A stretch of 64,000 bases of DNA from an uncultured Alphaproteobacteria bacterium (GCA_905480575.1 CAJQQZ010000114.1:308-64307); one strand, 5' to 3'; positions 8,129 to 19,461 are shown, numbered from the stretch's first letter. Numbers and translations are program-made. The notes: generated by a model from the letters alone, not told the origin.

Positions 8129-11100
8129 ATGGCAAAATTGAGCAAAGCTTCCTTGAACGCACCTTCCTGGAGAGAACGTCAAGCCGATCTCGAAGCAAAT
8201 GGTCTTTACGATCGCCGGGATGAAAAGGACGCTTGTGGTGTTGGCCTTGTCGCCGCTATCGACGGTAAAGCCACGCGCAAGGTTGTTGATTCGGCGATCC
8301 AAGCACTAAAGTCAGTCTGGCACAGAGGCGCGATCGGTGCCGATGGTAAAACTGGCGACGGAGCCGGAATCCGCCTCGCTATTCCTCAGGAGTTTTTCCG
8401 CAAGCACATTGGTAGAACAGGCCACGTACCTGGTCCGGATGCTGAGATCGCCGTGGGCATGATCTTTCTACCCCGCACGGATCTAGATGCAAAAGAACGC
8501 TGCCGTGTGGTGGTGGAACGCGAGATTTTGAATTTCGGCTACAAAATCTACGGCTGGCGCCAAGTACCGGTGGAAGAATCGGTCTTGGGTGAGAAAGCTG
8601 ACGAAGCTCGCCCCGAAATCGAGCAGATCATGATCGAGAAATCCGTAAACATCTCTAGCGAACAGATGGAGCGGGATCTCTACCTCATTCGCCGCCGCAT
8701 TGAAAAAGCAGTTCGCTCCTATTCAATTCCGGATTTTTACATCTGCTCCCTTTCTTTGAAGTCTGTGATCTACAAAGGCATGTTTTTGGCTGAAGACATT
8801 GATGTTTTCTTTCCTGACCTTCAGGACCCGGGATTCAAGTCTCATTTCGCTGTTTACCACCAACGCTATTCGACCAACACTTTCCCGACCTGGTGGTTGG
8901 CCCAGCCCTTCCGCGTCCTCGCTCACAACGGCGAAATCAATACGATCCAAGGCAATGAGAATTGGATGCATGCTCATGAGAGCCGCATGGAAAGCGAGTT
9001 TTTCAGCCCTGAACAACTGGTTGATATCCGACCAGCGGTACAGCCTGGCAGCTCTGACTCGGCTTCTCTGGATGCCGTGTTCGAACTCATGTCCTTGAAC
9101 GGGCGCAATCTGCCCATGGTCAAAACGCTGATGATTCCTGAAGCTTGGGAAGCCCGCAACATCAAGGCCGATCACCGCGATCTTTATGCCTATTGCGGCT
9201 CCGTCATGGAGCCTTGGGATGGCCCGGCGGCCATTTGCGCCGTTGCCGGTGACTGGGCCGTCGCGGGCATGGACCGAAATGGTCTGCGGCCCCTGCGTTA
9301 CAGTTTGACCAGCGACAACCTTCTCATCGCCGGATCAGAAACCGGGATGGTCCCTGTCGACGAACCTACGATCATCGAAAAAGGCCGTCTTGGGCCTGGT
9401 GAAATGATAGCCGTCGACTTTGCCGGTCAACGCCTGCTGAAAGATCAAGAAATCAAAGATGAATTAGCGGCAAGCCAGGACTTTTCCGGTTGGGGCAAAA
9501 ATATCAAGGTCCTCGATGATCTCATCACCCCAGCCAGAAGAGGCGGATCTACGGTTAACGAAGGCCCGGATCTACGCCGCCGTCAAATTGCAGCAGGAGT
9601 TACCCTTGAGGATTTGGAACTTATTCTCCATCCTATGGGTGAAACAGGCAAAGAAGCCATCGGTTCGATGGGCGATGATACGCCTCTTGCCGTCCTGTCA
9701 GAGCAACAACGCGGCATTCATCATTTCTTCCGCCAGAAGTTTTCTCAAGTAACGAATCCCCCCATCGATAGCCTGCGTGAAAAGCATGTTATGTCCTTGA
9801 CCACGCGGCTAGGCAATCTCGGCAACATCTTGGCCGAAGACGAATCACAATGCGATTTGTTCCAATTGGAATCTCCTGTACTGACCAACGGAGAGTTCGA
9901 GGCTTTGATCGGCCATATGGGCGACAGTGCCCACATTATCGATTGTAGCTACTCTGTGGCAGACGGCGATGAGGCCCTTCGGGAGGCTATCGATCGTATA
10001 AAATTCCAAGCGCAAGATGCAGTGCGTAAGGGCAGTGTCCATCTAGTTCTTTCCGATCGGGTGATTGATGCTGACCGGATGGCGATCCCAATGATCTTGG
10101 CAACTGGGGCTGTACACTCATTCCTTCAAAGTCAAAATCTTCGCACCTTTGTTTCGCTCAACGTCACCACCGGCAGTTGCTTGGATGTCCATAATTTCGC
10201 GGTGTTGATTGGCGTTGGCGCAACCACCGTCAACGCTTACATGGCGCAAGATTCTTTGATCGACCGGTACAAAAGAGATCTGTTCCCCGACCATTCACTC
10301 GATCAGGTGATTGAAAACTTTAAAGAAGCGATCAATCAGGGCTTGCTTAAGATTATGTCTAAGATGGGTATTTCCATCATTTCCTCTTATCGTGGTGGAT
10401 ACAACTTTGAAGCTGTTGGTCTTTCACGGACGCTTGTCGACGAATTCTTCCCAGGTATGGCCAGCCGGATCTCCGGCATCGGCCTCAGCGGAATTAGCAC
10501 GATCCTCAACGCCCGCCATGCAAAAGGCTACAAAGCTTCAAGCGCCGTCGTTCCTCTGGGTGGGCTTTATCGATACCGCAAACAGGGTGAGCACCATAGT
10601 TGGGAAGCGGGGCTGATGCACACCATGCAATCTGCGGTGGCCAAAGACTCCTTCTCAACGTTCAAGAAATATACAGACGCCCTTAACAACCAATCGCCGA
10701 CGGCGATTCGTGATCTATTGGGCATCAAGTACGATGAAGCCATACCCGTTGCCATCAACGATGTTGAGTCGATCACCTCGATCCGCAAACACTTTGTAAC
10801 GCCTGGCATGTCTTTGGGTGCACTCAGCCCAGAGGCTCACGGGACGCTGAACATAGCCATGAACCGCATCGGGGCGAAATCCGTTTCTGGTGAAGGCGGT
10901 GAAGTTCCGGAGCGCTATAAACCCAATCCAAATGGGGACAACGCGAATTCAGCCATCAAGCAAGTCGCTTCTGGCCGTTTCGGCGTCACTGCCGAGTATC
11001 TTAATCAATGTCGTGAGATTGAAATCAAGATGGCGCAGGGTGCCAAGCCTGGTGAAGGTGGACAGCTTCCAGGTTTTAAGGTCACGGCTGAGATCGCCCG

Positions 11101-12673
11101 CCTTCGTCATTCGACGGAGGGAGTTATGTTGATTTCTCCCCCTCCTCATCACGATATCTATTCGATCGAAGATTTGGCGCAGTTGATTTACGATCTGAAA
11201 CAAATCAATCCTGAGGCGCAAGTTTGTGTGAAGCTCGTTGCGCGCTCTGGTATCGGGACGATTGCTGCTGGTGTCGCAAAAGCCAAGGCGGACGTGATCC
11301 TTATCTCCGGCCATTCAGGTGGTACAGGTGCCAGTCCGCAAACATCGATTAAATATGTCGGCCTGCCTTGGGAAATGGGTCTTTCCGAAGTTCACCAGGT
11401 TCTGTCGCTCAATCGGTTGCGCCATAACATCAAACTGAGGACAGACGGCGGCCTTAGAACAGGACGCGATATTGTCATTGCCGCAATGTTGGGCGCTGAA
11501 GAGTTTGGCATAGGCACTGCCTCTCTGGTTGCCATGGGGTGCATCATGGTGCGTCAATGCCATTCCAACACCTGCCCTGTCGGTATCTGCACGCAAGACA
11601 CCGCTATGAGGGACAAGTTCACCGGCACACCAGAAAAGGTCGTCAATCTCTTCTCTTTCCTAGCAGAAGAAGTGCGCGAAATTCTGTCTGAGCTCGGCTT
11701 TAAAACACTCAACGAAATCATCGGCAGAACGGATCTCCTGACCCAAGTCAGCCGGGGTGCTGAACACCTGGATGATCTCGACCTTAATCCACTCTTGGCA
11801 AAGGCCGACGATGGCGGGTTGCCGAGCTATTGCACAAGAACGGAACGGAATCCTGTTCCGGATAGCCTCGATGCTTTGATGATCAAAGATGCGGGTACCC
11901 TATTTGACAAGGGCGAGAAGATCCAACTGGAGTACACGGTTAAAAACACCGACCGCGCGGTTGGTACGGCCTTGTCTTCAAGGATCGTGCGGAAATTTGG
12001 TATGAAGGAACTTGATCCTGGGCATGTCAAAATTCGCATGAGAGGGTCGGCTGGCCAGTCTCTTGGTGCTTGGGCCGTACAGGGTATGCATTTGGAAGTC
12101 CGGGGCGATGCCAATGACTATGTTGGTAAAGGCCTTTCAGGGGCAACGATTGTGGTCCGGCCTCTATTGACCTCAAACTTGCAGAGTCAAAAGAACACTA
12201 TTATTGGAAACACTGTTCTTTACGGTGCAACAGCCGGTCAGCTGTTTGCAGCGGGACAGGCAGGCGAACGCTTTGCAGTCAGAAACTCCGGTGCTACGGC
12301 GGTTATTGAAGGCTGTGGTACCAACGGGTGTGAATACATGACTGGTGGCACGGCTATCATTTTGGGTTCTGTGGGGCACAACTTTGGTGCAGGCATGACT
12401 GGCGGTATGGCGTTCATCTATGACCAAGAAGGTAACCTCCCGGGCTGCATCAATAACGAGACGGTCGTCTATCAACGGGTCGAGACAAAACACTATGAAT
12501 CATCCTTGAAGTCTTTCATCCGAGACCACGTCAAGGAAACGGATTCTGCTTTTGCCCAGCACTTGCTCGATGATTGGGAAGATGAAGGTCATAAGTTCTG
12601 GCAAGTCATTCCAAAAGAAATGTTAGAGCGATTAGAACACCCCTTAACAGAAGCCGAAAGTGCTGTTGCTTAA
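8129..12673 (+). CDS. gltB: glutamate synthase large subunit
   Basis: 1514 aa. N-terminal amidotransferase region (DACGVGLVA), an FMN/TIM-barrel domain, and a C-terminal GXGXG-repeat domain. GGAG RBS before ATG 8129. Confidence 0.95.
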   Translation: MAKLSKASLNAPSWRERQADLEANGLYDRRDEKDACGVGLVAAIDGKATRKVVDSAIQALKSVWHRGAIGADGKTGDGAGIRLAIPQEFFRKHIGRTGHVPGPDAEIAVGMIFLPRTDLDAKERCRVVVEREILNFGYKIYGWRQVPVEESVLGEKADEARPEIEQIMIEKSVNISSEQMERDLYLIRRRIEKAVRSYSIPDFYICSLSLKSVIYKGMFLAEDIDVFFPDLQDPGFKSHFAVYHQRYSTNTFPTWWLAQPFRVLAHNGEINTIQGNENWMHAHESRMESEFFSPEQLVDIRPAVQPGSSDSASLDAVFELMSLNGRNLPMVKTLMIPEAWEARNIKADHRDLYAYCGSVMEPWDGPAAICAVAGDWAVAGMDRNGLRPLRYSLTSDNLLIAGSETGMVPVDEPTIIEKGRLGPGEMIAVDFAGQRLLKDQEIKDELAASQDFSGWGKNIKVLDDLITPARRGGSTVNEGPDLRRRQIAAGVTLEDLELILHPMGETGKEAIGSMGDDTPLAVLSEQQRGIHHFFRQKFSQVTNPPIDSLREKHVMSLTTRLGNLGNILAEDESQCDLFQLESPVLTNGEFEALIGHMGDSAHIIDCSYSVADGDEALREAIDRIKFQAQDAVRKGSVHLVLSDRVIDADRMAIPMILATGAVHSFLQSQNLRTFVSLNVTTGSCLDVHNFAVLIGVGATTVNAYMAQDSLIDRYKRDLFPDHSLDQVIENFKEAINQGLLKIMSKMGISIISSYRGGYNFEAVGLSRTLVDEFFPGMASRISGIGLSGISTILNARHAKGYKASSAVVPLGGLYRYRKQGEHHSWEAGLMHTMQSAVAKDSFSTFKKYTDALNNQSPTAIRDLLGIKYDEAIPVAINDVESITSIRKHFVTPGMSLGALSPEAHGTLNIAMNRIGAKSVSGEGGEVPERYKPNPNGDNANSAIKQVASGRFGVTAEYLNQCREIEIKMAQGAKPGEGGQLPGFKVTAEIARLRHSTEGVMLISPPPHHDIYSIEDLAQLIYDLKQINPEAQVCVKLVARSGIGTIAAGVAKAKADVILISGHSGGTGASPQTSIKYVGLPWEMGLSEVHQVLSLNRLRHNIKLRTDGGLRTGRDIVIAAMLGAEEFGIGTASLVAMGCIMVRQCHSNTCPVGICTQDTAMRDKFTGTPEKVVNLFSFLAEEVREILSELGFKTLNEIIGRTDLLTQVSRGAEHLDDLDLNPLLAKADDGGLPSYCTRTERNPVPDSLDALMIKDAGTLFDKGEKIQLEYTVKNTDRAVGTALSSRIVRKFGMKELDPGHVKIRMRGSAGQSLGAWAVQGMHLEVRGDANDYVGKGLSGATIVVRPLLTSNLQSQKNTIIGNTVLYGATAGQLFAAGQAGERFAVRNSGATAVIEGCGTNGCEYMTGGTAIILGSVGHNFGAGMTGGMAFIYDQEGNLPGCINNETVVYQRVETKHYESSLKSFIRDHVKETDSAFAQHLLDDWEDEGHKFWQVIPKEMLERLEHPLTEAESAVA

Positions 12674-12829
12674 GGTCAATACCACGAGGCAAAACCTGAT
12701 TTTGGGAAGGAGTTTGAATCAAAACAACGTCTGTGAGCATTTAGACTTGAGATAGATGCCAGATTCGTTATTGATCAGGCTCCGTTTTCCCCTGGCTTAT
12801 CTTGAGCCGAGATCATTGATTGGTGACTT

Positions 12830-13480
12830 ATGCGTAGGCTTCATCACAGGCCGTTTGATGCCGCTTCACGAATGACGCGTATTCTCTTAGCCGAGAAGCG
12901 TCTTGAGTTCGAGTTGAGCGAGATTGCAGATGAAGATTTCGAGTCGGGGACTTTTGAAATTCCATTGCTCGAGGAAGAGAATGGCGATTCCATCCCATAC
13001 CTTCCTGTTATCATCGAATATTTGGAAGAAGCCTACCCAACCTTACCGATGCTGGGCGATTCGCTTCTCGACAAAGCAGAAGTCCGCCGTTTGGCCCATA
13101 TTTTTTCGTCTGGTTTTTCGCAGCGAGTAACGGAACCGCTAGTTTTTGAGAAGATTATCAAACCCTCTCGCAAGATTGGCCAAGCTGACCCTTCTGTTTT
13201 AAGAACAGGGTACCAAGAGCAAAAATCCTACTTGGACTACATATCCTGGCTTTACGATCAAAGGAATTGGCTGGCCGGCGGCAACCTTTCTATGGCGGAT
13301 ATAGCCGCGGCGGCGCAAGTCTCACTGCTCGACTACGCCCATGCCATCAACTGGGATGAATATCCAACTGTTAAAGATTGGTATATGCGGTTTAAGTCAC
13401 GCCCGTCCATGCGGGCTATCCTCACGGATTTTATCCCTGGAACCCGGCCACCATCCTATTATTCAGAGTTAGATTTTTAG
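12830..13480 (+). CDS. glutathione S-transferase family protein (N-terminally short)
   Basis: GST_C-like C-terminal half (ADIAAAAQVSLLDYA...WDEYPTVKDWYMRFKSRPSMRAIL). An in-frame stop immediately upstream prevents extension to a canonical beta-1 strand. Confidence 0.5.
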   Translation: MRRLHHRPFDAASRMTRILLAEKRLEFELSEIADEDFESGTFEIPLLEEENGDSIPYLPVIIEYLEEAYPTLPMLGDSLLDKAEVRRLAHIFSSGFSQRVTEPLVFEKIIKPSRKIGQADPSVLRTGYQEQKSYLDYISWLYDQRNWLAGGNLSMADIAAAAQVSLLDYAHAINWDEYPTVKDWYMRFKSRPSMRAILTDFIPGTRPPSYYSELDF

Positions 13481-13509
13481 GTTTTGGAATCCACTAAAAC
13501 CACGGGGGT

Positions 13510-14316
13510 TTAGTTTGTGCTGGATTGAAGCTGCTGCAACTTTTGCAAGTTTCTTTCAGCAATACTCGCCTGTGGTGTGCCTGGTCCCAAAGAAGTAACT
13601 TTGGTCCAATCTTCACGAGCACCTTCATGGTTGCCCTGGGAGCTTTTAATGTTCCCACGCTCAAGGAAAGCAGCCACAGAAATTGGATCCAGGCGTAATG
13701 CGCGTGCAATGTCATTGTTCGCGCGGTCCCACTGGTTTACATAACGATAGGCCGTTGCTCTCAGGACGAGAGTATCCACGTTCTTCGTATCTAAAGCATG
13801 GGAGAAATCTAAATCTTTGATAACCTGTTGCCACTGCTTTTGACGGGCATAAGCGATGGCGCGAGATTTCCAGACTTGAGGATTTTGCGGATCGATCTTC
13901 AAGCTTTCGCCATATGATTCGATTGCTTTGCTTAGGTCACCACCTTGTTCCCAGATTTGACCAGCCTGACCCAACAAAGCTGCTTTCCTTCCTAGTTGCT
14001 GAGCAGGCTGAACAGCAGCCAATTCAGTAATCAATCCGGCAGCCTCGCCGAATTGTCCCAGCTTTAGCTGCGCAGTTGCCAAGCAATGGATAGCAGCGCC
14101 ATTCTGCTGCTGAGCCATCCATTGATTAGCATAGTCAACAGCCTGGTTGGGATCGGCACCTGAAGCCAATGCCATACAAGTGTTGTAATCTGGAGCAACA
14201 CCGCCGTCGTTTGTTGTCTGTGCATAGGCTGACACTTCTTGAAACAAGAAAAGTGTCGTGCAAAAGGCAACAAAAACTCCCCAAATCAGGTTGGTTATGG
14301 AAGATGGCTTGGACAT
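13510..14316 (-). CDS. secreted tetratricopeptide-repeat protein
   Basis: N-terminal signal peptide (VFVAFCTTLFLFQEVSAYAQ) followed by TPR-like repeats (AIAYARQKQWQQVIKDL..., LRATAYRYVNQWDRA...). Confidence 0.6.
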   Translation of the reverse strand: MSKPSSITNLIWGVFVAFCTTLFLFQEVSAYAQTTNDGGVAPDYNTCMALASGADPNQAVDYANQWMAQQQNGAAIHCLATAQLKLGQFGEAAGLITELAAVQPAQQLGRKAALLGQAGQIWEQGGDLSKAIESYGESLKIDPQNPQVWKSRAIAYARQKQWQQVIKDLDFSHALDTKNVDTLVLRATAYRYVNQWDRANNDIARALRLDPISVAAFLERGNIKSSQGNHEGAREDWTKVTSLGPGTPQASIAERNLQKLQQLQSSTN

Positions 14317-14409
14317 TGAATTAAAGAGTCGACTTTCAGAACTTGCTAGACAAGATTGTTTTAAGCGCTATCAGATGATTGGAGTCTATTATCTAATATT
14401 TGAGTTTCT

Positions 14410-15288
14410 ATGTCGAGTCACGCGAATCGAAAAATCATCTGTTTTGGCTTGGGTTTCACCTCTTTGTCACTTTGTGATCGACTGCTTGATGCAGGATGGG
14501 AAATTGCAGGCACAGTCCGCACGGAACAAAAAGCGAATCTACTCCGAAGTAAAGGAATTAGAGCGCTCATTTTCAATGGACTCGAAGCGAATCCTGCGGT
14601 TGGTGAAGCGATTCGCGAATCGCATTTTGTGTTGAATTCCGTTCCGGTTCTTGATGCTGTGGATCCCGTTTTGGAAGAATACGGAGCAGAAATAGCAAAT
14701 TCGCCAAATTTGAAGTGGTTTGCTTATCTTTCGACAACGGTTGTATATGGCGATCATGACGGCGCCTGGGTAAACGAAGAAACAGATTGCGTACCCTCAG
14801 GTAAAAGAGGTCGCAATCGATTGGCAACAGAAGAGGCATGGGCCAAATTGAACCTTCCACTACATGTCTTTCGTCTAGCCGGAATCTATGGCCCTGCCCG
14901 CAACGCAATTGAGACAATTAAGGCCGGCAAAGCCAAAAGGATCGATAAGCCTGGCCAGGTTTTTAGTCGTATTCATGTTCACGATATAGCAAGCACTCTC
15001 ATCGCCTCCATGGATAATCCGACGGCTTCTCCGGGCCACCCTGAAATCTTCAATCTCTGCGATGACGAGCCTTGTGAACCACGAGCGGTTATCGAGTATG
15101 GCTGTGAACTCCTCAACGTTGCGCCCCCACCTTTGGTGCCTTACGAAGATGCAAACCTCTCACCCATGGGGCGAAGCTTTTACGACGACAACAAGCGTGT
15201 CAGCAATGATAAGATCAAAGAAGTTTTGGGAGTCAAACTGCGGTATCCCAACTACAGAATTGCTCTCGACGAATTAGTCCGCCAATAG
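14410..15288 (+). CDS. NAD(P)-dependent epimerase/dehydratase family (SDR) protein
   Basis: Rossmann N-terminus KIICFGLGFTSLSLCDRLL and an extended-SDR layout. Confidence 0.65.
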   Translation: MSSHANRKIICFGLGFTSLSLCDRLLDAGWEIAGTVRTEQKANLLRSKGIRALIFNGLEANPAVGEAIRESHFVLNSVPVLDAVDPVLEEYGAEIANSPNLKWFAYLSTTVVYGDHDGAWVNEETDCVPSGKRGRNRLATEEAWAKLNLPLHVFRLAGIYGPARNAIETIKAGKAKRIDKPGQVFSRIHVHDIASTLIASMDNPTASPGHPEIFNLCDDEPCEPRAVIEYGCELLNVAPPPLVPYEDANLSPMGRSFYDDNKRVSNDKIKEVLGVKLRYPNYRIALDELVRQ

Positions 15289-16053
15289 GCCATCGAGAAT
15301 AGCCGCAAGGCCACGAAGTTGATGTGGCTCCGACATTCTGTGATCCCCGTCCTTAACGAAGTGAAGCTCAACGTTATCTGATTCTAGCTGATCTGAAATT
15401 CTAAGGGCCGTTTGCCAAGGAACATCGGCGTCTTTCATACCCTGATAGAGGCGTACTGGGCAGGTTAGTCGGATTGGGTTGTCCAACAAAATATGGTCCA
15501 GACCGTCATCAATCAGAGCTTTGGTGATGATGTAGGGATCATCGCCATAATCTGTCGGTTGTTCAAATCGCCCGGTGTCTTGGATCAGTTGTTTGATCTC
15601 ATCAGAAAAAGATGCCCACATTAAGTCACGTGTGAAATCCGGAGCAGCGGCGATGCCGACGAGCGAATGCAATCGTTCTTTTCGCACAAGGGCGGCAAGC
15701 AGCATGATCCATCCACCCATAGAGGAGCCGATCAAAATGAGCGGGCCCGAGGTAAGTTGGTCAATCACAGCTAAAGCGTCATCCTTCCAATGACCAATCG
15801 TGCCGTCAGCAAACTCACCAGAAGATTGCCCGTGCCCGAAATAGTCAAACCTCACAAAACCCAACCCGCGTTCTCGGGCGAATTCTTCAAGGAAGATCGC
15901 TTTGGTTCCTGTCATGTCAGACATAAAACCGCCCAAGAATACCAGGGTCGGGGCTTGAGAATCCTCACTAGGTTCAATTCTGTGATACGCCAGACTTGCG
16001 CCGCCCTCTAAAGTTAGAGTATGGGCTTGTCTATCTTGATAATCTTCGCTCAT
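15274..16053 (-). CDS. alpha/beta-fold hydrolase
   Basis: GxSxG nucleophile elbow (IGSSMGG) and HGGGW-like region. Start set to ATG 16053 (MSEDYQ...); the track begins at TTG 16071. Confidence 0.7.
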   Translation of the reverse strand: MSEDYQDRQAHTLTLEGGASLAYHRIEPSEDSQAPTLVFLGGFMSDMTGTKAIFLEEFARERGLGFVRFDYFGHGQSSGEFADGTIGHWKDDALAVIDQLTSGPLILIGSSMGGWIMLLAALVRKERLHSLVGIAAAPDFTRDLMWASFSDEIKQLIQDTGRFEQPTDYGDDPYIITKALIDDGLDHILLDNPIRLTCPVRLYQGMKDADVPWQTALRISDQLESDNVELHFVKDGDHRMSEPHQLRGLAAILDGLLAD

Positions 16054-16172
16054 AGGACCTTTGTTCAACAATGGATCTTACATCCCACCCGGAAAGTCTT
16101 TTGGATCAATGGGCGGAAACTCTCTTTGCTAATGATACACTGGCTGGCCGCAGAGCGGAAGGGCTGGTTGTC

Positions 16173-17321
16173 ATGCAGGTTCTGCCCGAGCTAGACACAG
16201 GCGGTGTTGAAAGAGGTGCGGTTGACCTTGCCAACTTCATCGCAGCGGAAGGCGGATTGGCTTTAGTTGCTAGTGCGGGCGGCAGGATGGAGCAGAAGCT
16301 TAATCGTCAAGGATGCGTTCATATCACGATGCCGTTGCACAGCAAGAACCCTTTGGTCATCCTTAGAAACGCGCGGCGCTTAAAGAAGATCATCAAAGAA
16401 TACCGTGTCAATATTGTACACGCCCGTTCCCGAGCACCGGCTTGGTCTGCAGAGAGAGCTTGCAGGACATCCGGCGCTTTTTTTGTGACGACGGCGCACG
16501 GTCCCTACTCTTTCAAGAATCGATTAAAGAAAAAGTACAATGCGATTATGTCGGCGGGACAGCGTGTTATCGCCGTGTCTCATTTCATTTCGAATTACTT
16601 GCAAGAAAGTTACCAAACACCGCCTGAGAAAATCCACGTTATTCATCGTGGCGTTGATTTGGCAGAGTTCAACGAAGGCGCAATCACTTCCCTGCGAATT
16701 GCTAGAATGGTTCAGGCTTGGCGTTTGCCGGAAGATCGCCAGATCATCGTCCTACCGGGCAGATTAACCGGTTGGAAGGGCCAAAAGCTGTTCATTGAAG
16801 CAATCGCTAAACTAAAACACTTGCCGCTGTGCTGTTTGATGGTTGGCTCACATCAGGGCCGCCAGGAATACTTCGAAGAGTTGAGAGCGCTCATCAAAAC
16901 TCATGAACTGGAAGACACCATTTCCATTGTTGGTAACTGCGATGACATGCCAACCTTATACAAACTTGCTGACGTGGTGGTTTCTGCTTCTATTGAACCA
17001 GAAGCTTTCGGAAGAGTAGTTGCAGAAGCGCAAGCCATGGGAACTCTGCCGGTAGCTCCTGATCATGGTGGTGCAGTCGAGCAAATTGTACCAGGTGAAA
17101 ATGGCTTCTTGTTTTCATCAGGCAACTCTGATGAAATGGCGGACGCGATCGAAAAAGCACTGAATCTAGGTTTGAAAGAGAACACCGAAATGCGTGCTAA
17201 TGCCATTCGATCTGTTAACACATCTTTCTCGAAAACCAGAATGTGCCGCCTGACCCTAGCTGTCTATTGGGAGCTCATTCACAACGAGACCCCTTATGGG
17301 ACGGAAAACTACAACGAATAA
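16173..17321 (+). CDS. family 1/4 glycosyltransferase
   Basis: MQVLPELDTGGVERGAVDLA N-terminus typical of GT4, plus a C-terminal E-x7-E region. The track ORF starts at 16071; the internal ATG is preferred. Confidence 0.7.
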   Translation: MQVLPELDTGGVERGAVDLANFIAAEGGLALVASAGGRMEQKLNRQGCVHITMPLHSKNPLVILRNARRLKKIIKEYRVNIVHARSRAPAWSAERACRTSGAFFVTTAHGPYSFKNRLKKKYNAIMSAGQRVIAVSHFISNYLQESYQTPPEKIHVIHRGVDLAEFNEGAITSLRIARMVQAWRLPEDRQIIVLPGRLTGWKGQKLFIEAIAKLKHLPLCCLMVGSHQGRQEYFEELRALIKTHELEDTISIVGNCDDMPTLYKLADVVVSASIEPEAFGRVVAEAQAMGTLPVAPDHGGAVEQIVPGENGFLFSSGNSDEMADAIEKALNLGLKENTEMRANAIRSVNTSFSKTRMCRLTLAVYWELIHNETPYGTENYNE

Positions 17322-17372
17322 CGTCCGTAAGCCCAAACGAGCACCTTATCTCTCGAAAAAGAGGATAAGTCC

Positions 17373-18149
17373 TTAGCCCTCTTCAGCCAACTTCATGCCC
17401 ATCGAATGAAAACCACCATCAACATGCAGGATGGTGCCTGTGACACCCGAGGAAAGGTCACTGCAAAGATAGAGGCCAGCATCGCCAACTTCTTCCTGAG
17501 TGGCATTGCGTAGAATCGGAGCGGTATCAGCCGAACCGCGGAAAACTTTGCGCGCATCACCGATAACGGCACCAGCGAGCGTCCTCATTGGACCAGCGGA
17601 GATTGCATTGACGCGGATACCCTGCGGTCCAAGATCCACGGCCAAATAACGTGCACTTGCTTCCAGAGCAGCCTTAGCAACACCCATCACATTATAACTA
17701 GGCATCACGCGGCGGGACCCGATGAAAGTCAAAGTGATAATCGATCCACCTTCGCTCATCAAAGGAACAGCTTTTTGCGCCAAGGTCGTTAACGAATAAC
17801 AAGAAATCAACATGGTATCGCGGAAGTTTTCGCGCGAGGTATCAACATAGAGGCCTTTGAGCTCATCTTTGTCGGAAAAAGCCAGCGAATGGACTAGAAA
17901 ATCAAGTTTGCCCCATTTTTCGCTAAGAGTATCAAACAAGCCTTCAACCGAAGCTTCGTCTGTGACATCGCATTGTAGCAAGGTGTCACAACCAACTTGT
18001 TCTGCCAAAGGCTTCACCCGTTTGCCAAGCGCTTCATTTTGGTAAGTCAGGGCTACTTCTGCTCCTTGTTCAACCAAGGATTGGGTGATCCCCCAAGCGA
18101 TTGAATGGCTGTTAGCAACACCCATGATCAGGCCACGCTTACCAGCCAT
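17373..18149 (-). CDS. fabI: enoyl-[acyl-carrier-protein] reductase (NADH)
   Basis: MAGKRGLIMGVANSHSIAWGITQSL aligns with the E. coli FabI N-terminus. YxxxxxK region present. Confidence 0.9.
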   Translation of the reverse strand: MAGKRGLIMGVANSHSIAWGITQSLVEQGAEVALTYQNEALGKRVKPLAEQVGCDTLLQCDVTDEASVEGLFDTLSEKWGKLDFLVHSLAFSDKDELKGLYVDTSRENFRDTMLISCYSLTTLAQKAVPLMSEGGSIITLTFIGSRRVMPSYNVMGVAKAALEASARYLAVDLGPQGIRVNAISAGPMRTLAGAVIGDARKVFRGSADTAPILRNATQEEVGDAGLYLCSDLSSGVTGTILHVDGGFHSMGMKLAEEG

Positions 18150-18210
18150 TATTCCTTGACTGTTTTTCGCTATTTCACCCATGTTTAATCTCTTCTAATT
18201 TCTATTCTGA

Positions 18211-19428
18211 TCAATCTAGTTTGCTAAAAACCAAACAAGCATTCGTACCGCCAAAACCAAAGGAATTGGATAGAACGTGACGAATATCTTGGTTATCTTT
18301 TCGTTCAAGAAGCACGGGCGTGCCCGCGAATTCTTCATCTAGATTGTCGATGTGTGCTGAGGCGGCCAGGAAGTTGTTTTGCATCATAATAAGACTGTAA
18401 ATGGCCTCGTTCGATCCGGCTGCGCCCAATGCATGACCCGTGAGAGATTTCGTTGAACCAATGGCTGGAATATCATCACCGAACACAGCCCTGATGGCTC
18501 CCATTTCTCGGGAGTCACCCACTTTCGTGCTAGTGCCATGCGTGTTGATGTAGTCGATCTTTTGATCGCCTAAGGTCTTCATCGCCATACGCATACAACG
18601 TTCAGCACCCTCGCCAGAAGGCTGTACCATATCGTATCCGTCGGAGGTTGCGCCATACCCTGTTACTTCAGCATAGATCTTGGCACCGCGGGCCTTAGCG
18701 ACTTCCATTTCTTCGAGCACGAGGATCGAACCGCCACCGGAAATCACAAAGCCATCACGATCAGCATCATAAGCTCTAGAAGCAACGGAAGGGTCATCGT
18801 TGTATTTTGATGACAAAGCGCCCATCGCGTCGAATGTTACCGTTAACGACCAATCAAGCTCTTCACCACCACCAGCGAAAACACGATCCTGCTTCCCAAG
18901 CTGGATCAGTTCCATCGCATTACCGACACAATGAGCAGAAGTTGAACAAGCCGAAGTGATGGAGTAATTGACGCCTTTGATTTTGAAAGGTGTCGCCAAG
19001 GTTGCGGAACAAGTCGAGGACATGACCTTTGGAACCGCCAAAGGGCCAACCTTCTTTGGGCCCTTTTCACGCAAAGTATCTGTCACCCAAGTTTGGCTCT
19101 TGGTCGAAGGGCCGCCAGAACCGACAATCAAACCTGTCTCGTTGTTTGAGACCTGTTCATCTGTGAGACCCGCATCATCAATCGCTTGCTTCATGGCTAG
19201 GTAGGCATAAGCTGCACCATCACCTAAGAATCGACGCTCCTTGCGATCCAATGCTTCTTCGATATCGATCTTCAAAGTACCAGCTACATGGCTGCGGAAC
19301 CCCCATTCTTTCTGGTTGGGTTCAATCTCGATGCCAGATTTACCCTCCAGAAGAGATTGAGTTACCTCGGCAACATTATTACCGATACTGGATACGATCC
19401 CTATGCCGGTGACAACAACTCGACGCAT
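18211..19428 (-). CDS. fabB: 3-oxoacyl-ACP synthase I
   Basis: 405 aa with a KAS active-site Cys region (SACSTSAHC) and a His/His region. Sits in fabA-fabB order. Confidence 0.9.
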   Translation of the reverse strand: MRRVVVTGIGIVSSIGNNVAEVTQSLLEGKSGIEIEPNQKEWGFRSHVAGTLKIDIEEALDRKERRFLGDGAAYAYLAMKQAIDDAGLTDEQVSNNETGLIVGSGGPSTKSQTWVTDTLREKGPKKVGPLAVPKVMSSTCSATLATPFKIKGVNYSITSACSTSAHCVGNAMELIQLGKQDRVFAGGGEELDWSLTVTFDAMGALSSKYNDDPSVASRAYDADRDGFVISGGGSILVLEEMEVAKARGAKIYAEVTGYGATSDGYDMVQPSGEGAERCMRMAMKTLGDQKIDYINTHGTSTKVGDSREMGAIRAVFGDDIPAIGSTKSLTGHALGAAGSNEAIYSLIMMQNNFLAASAHIDNLDEEFAGTPVLLERKDNQDIRHVLSNSFGFGGTNACLVFSKLD

Positions 19429-19461
19429 GTCTTTATCCTTTAGAGAAGTCCGGGGAAAGCC

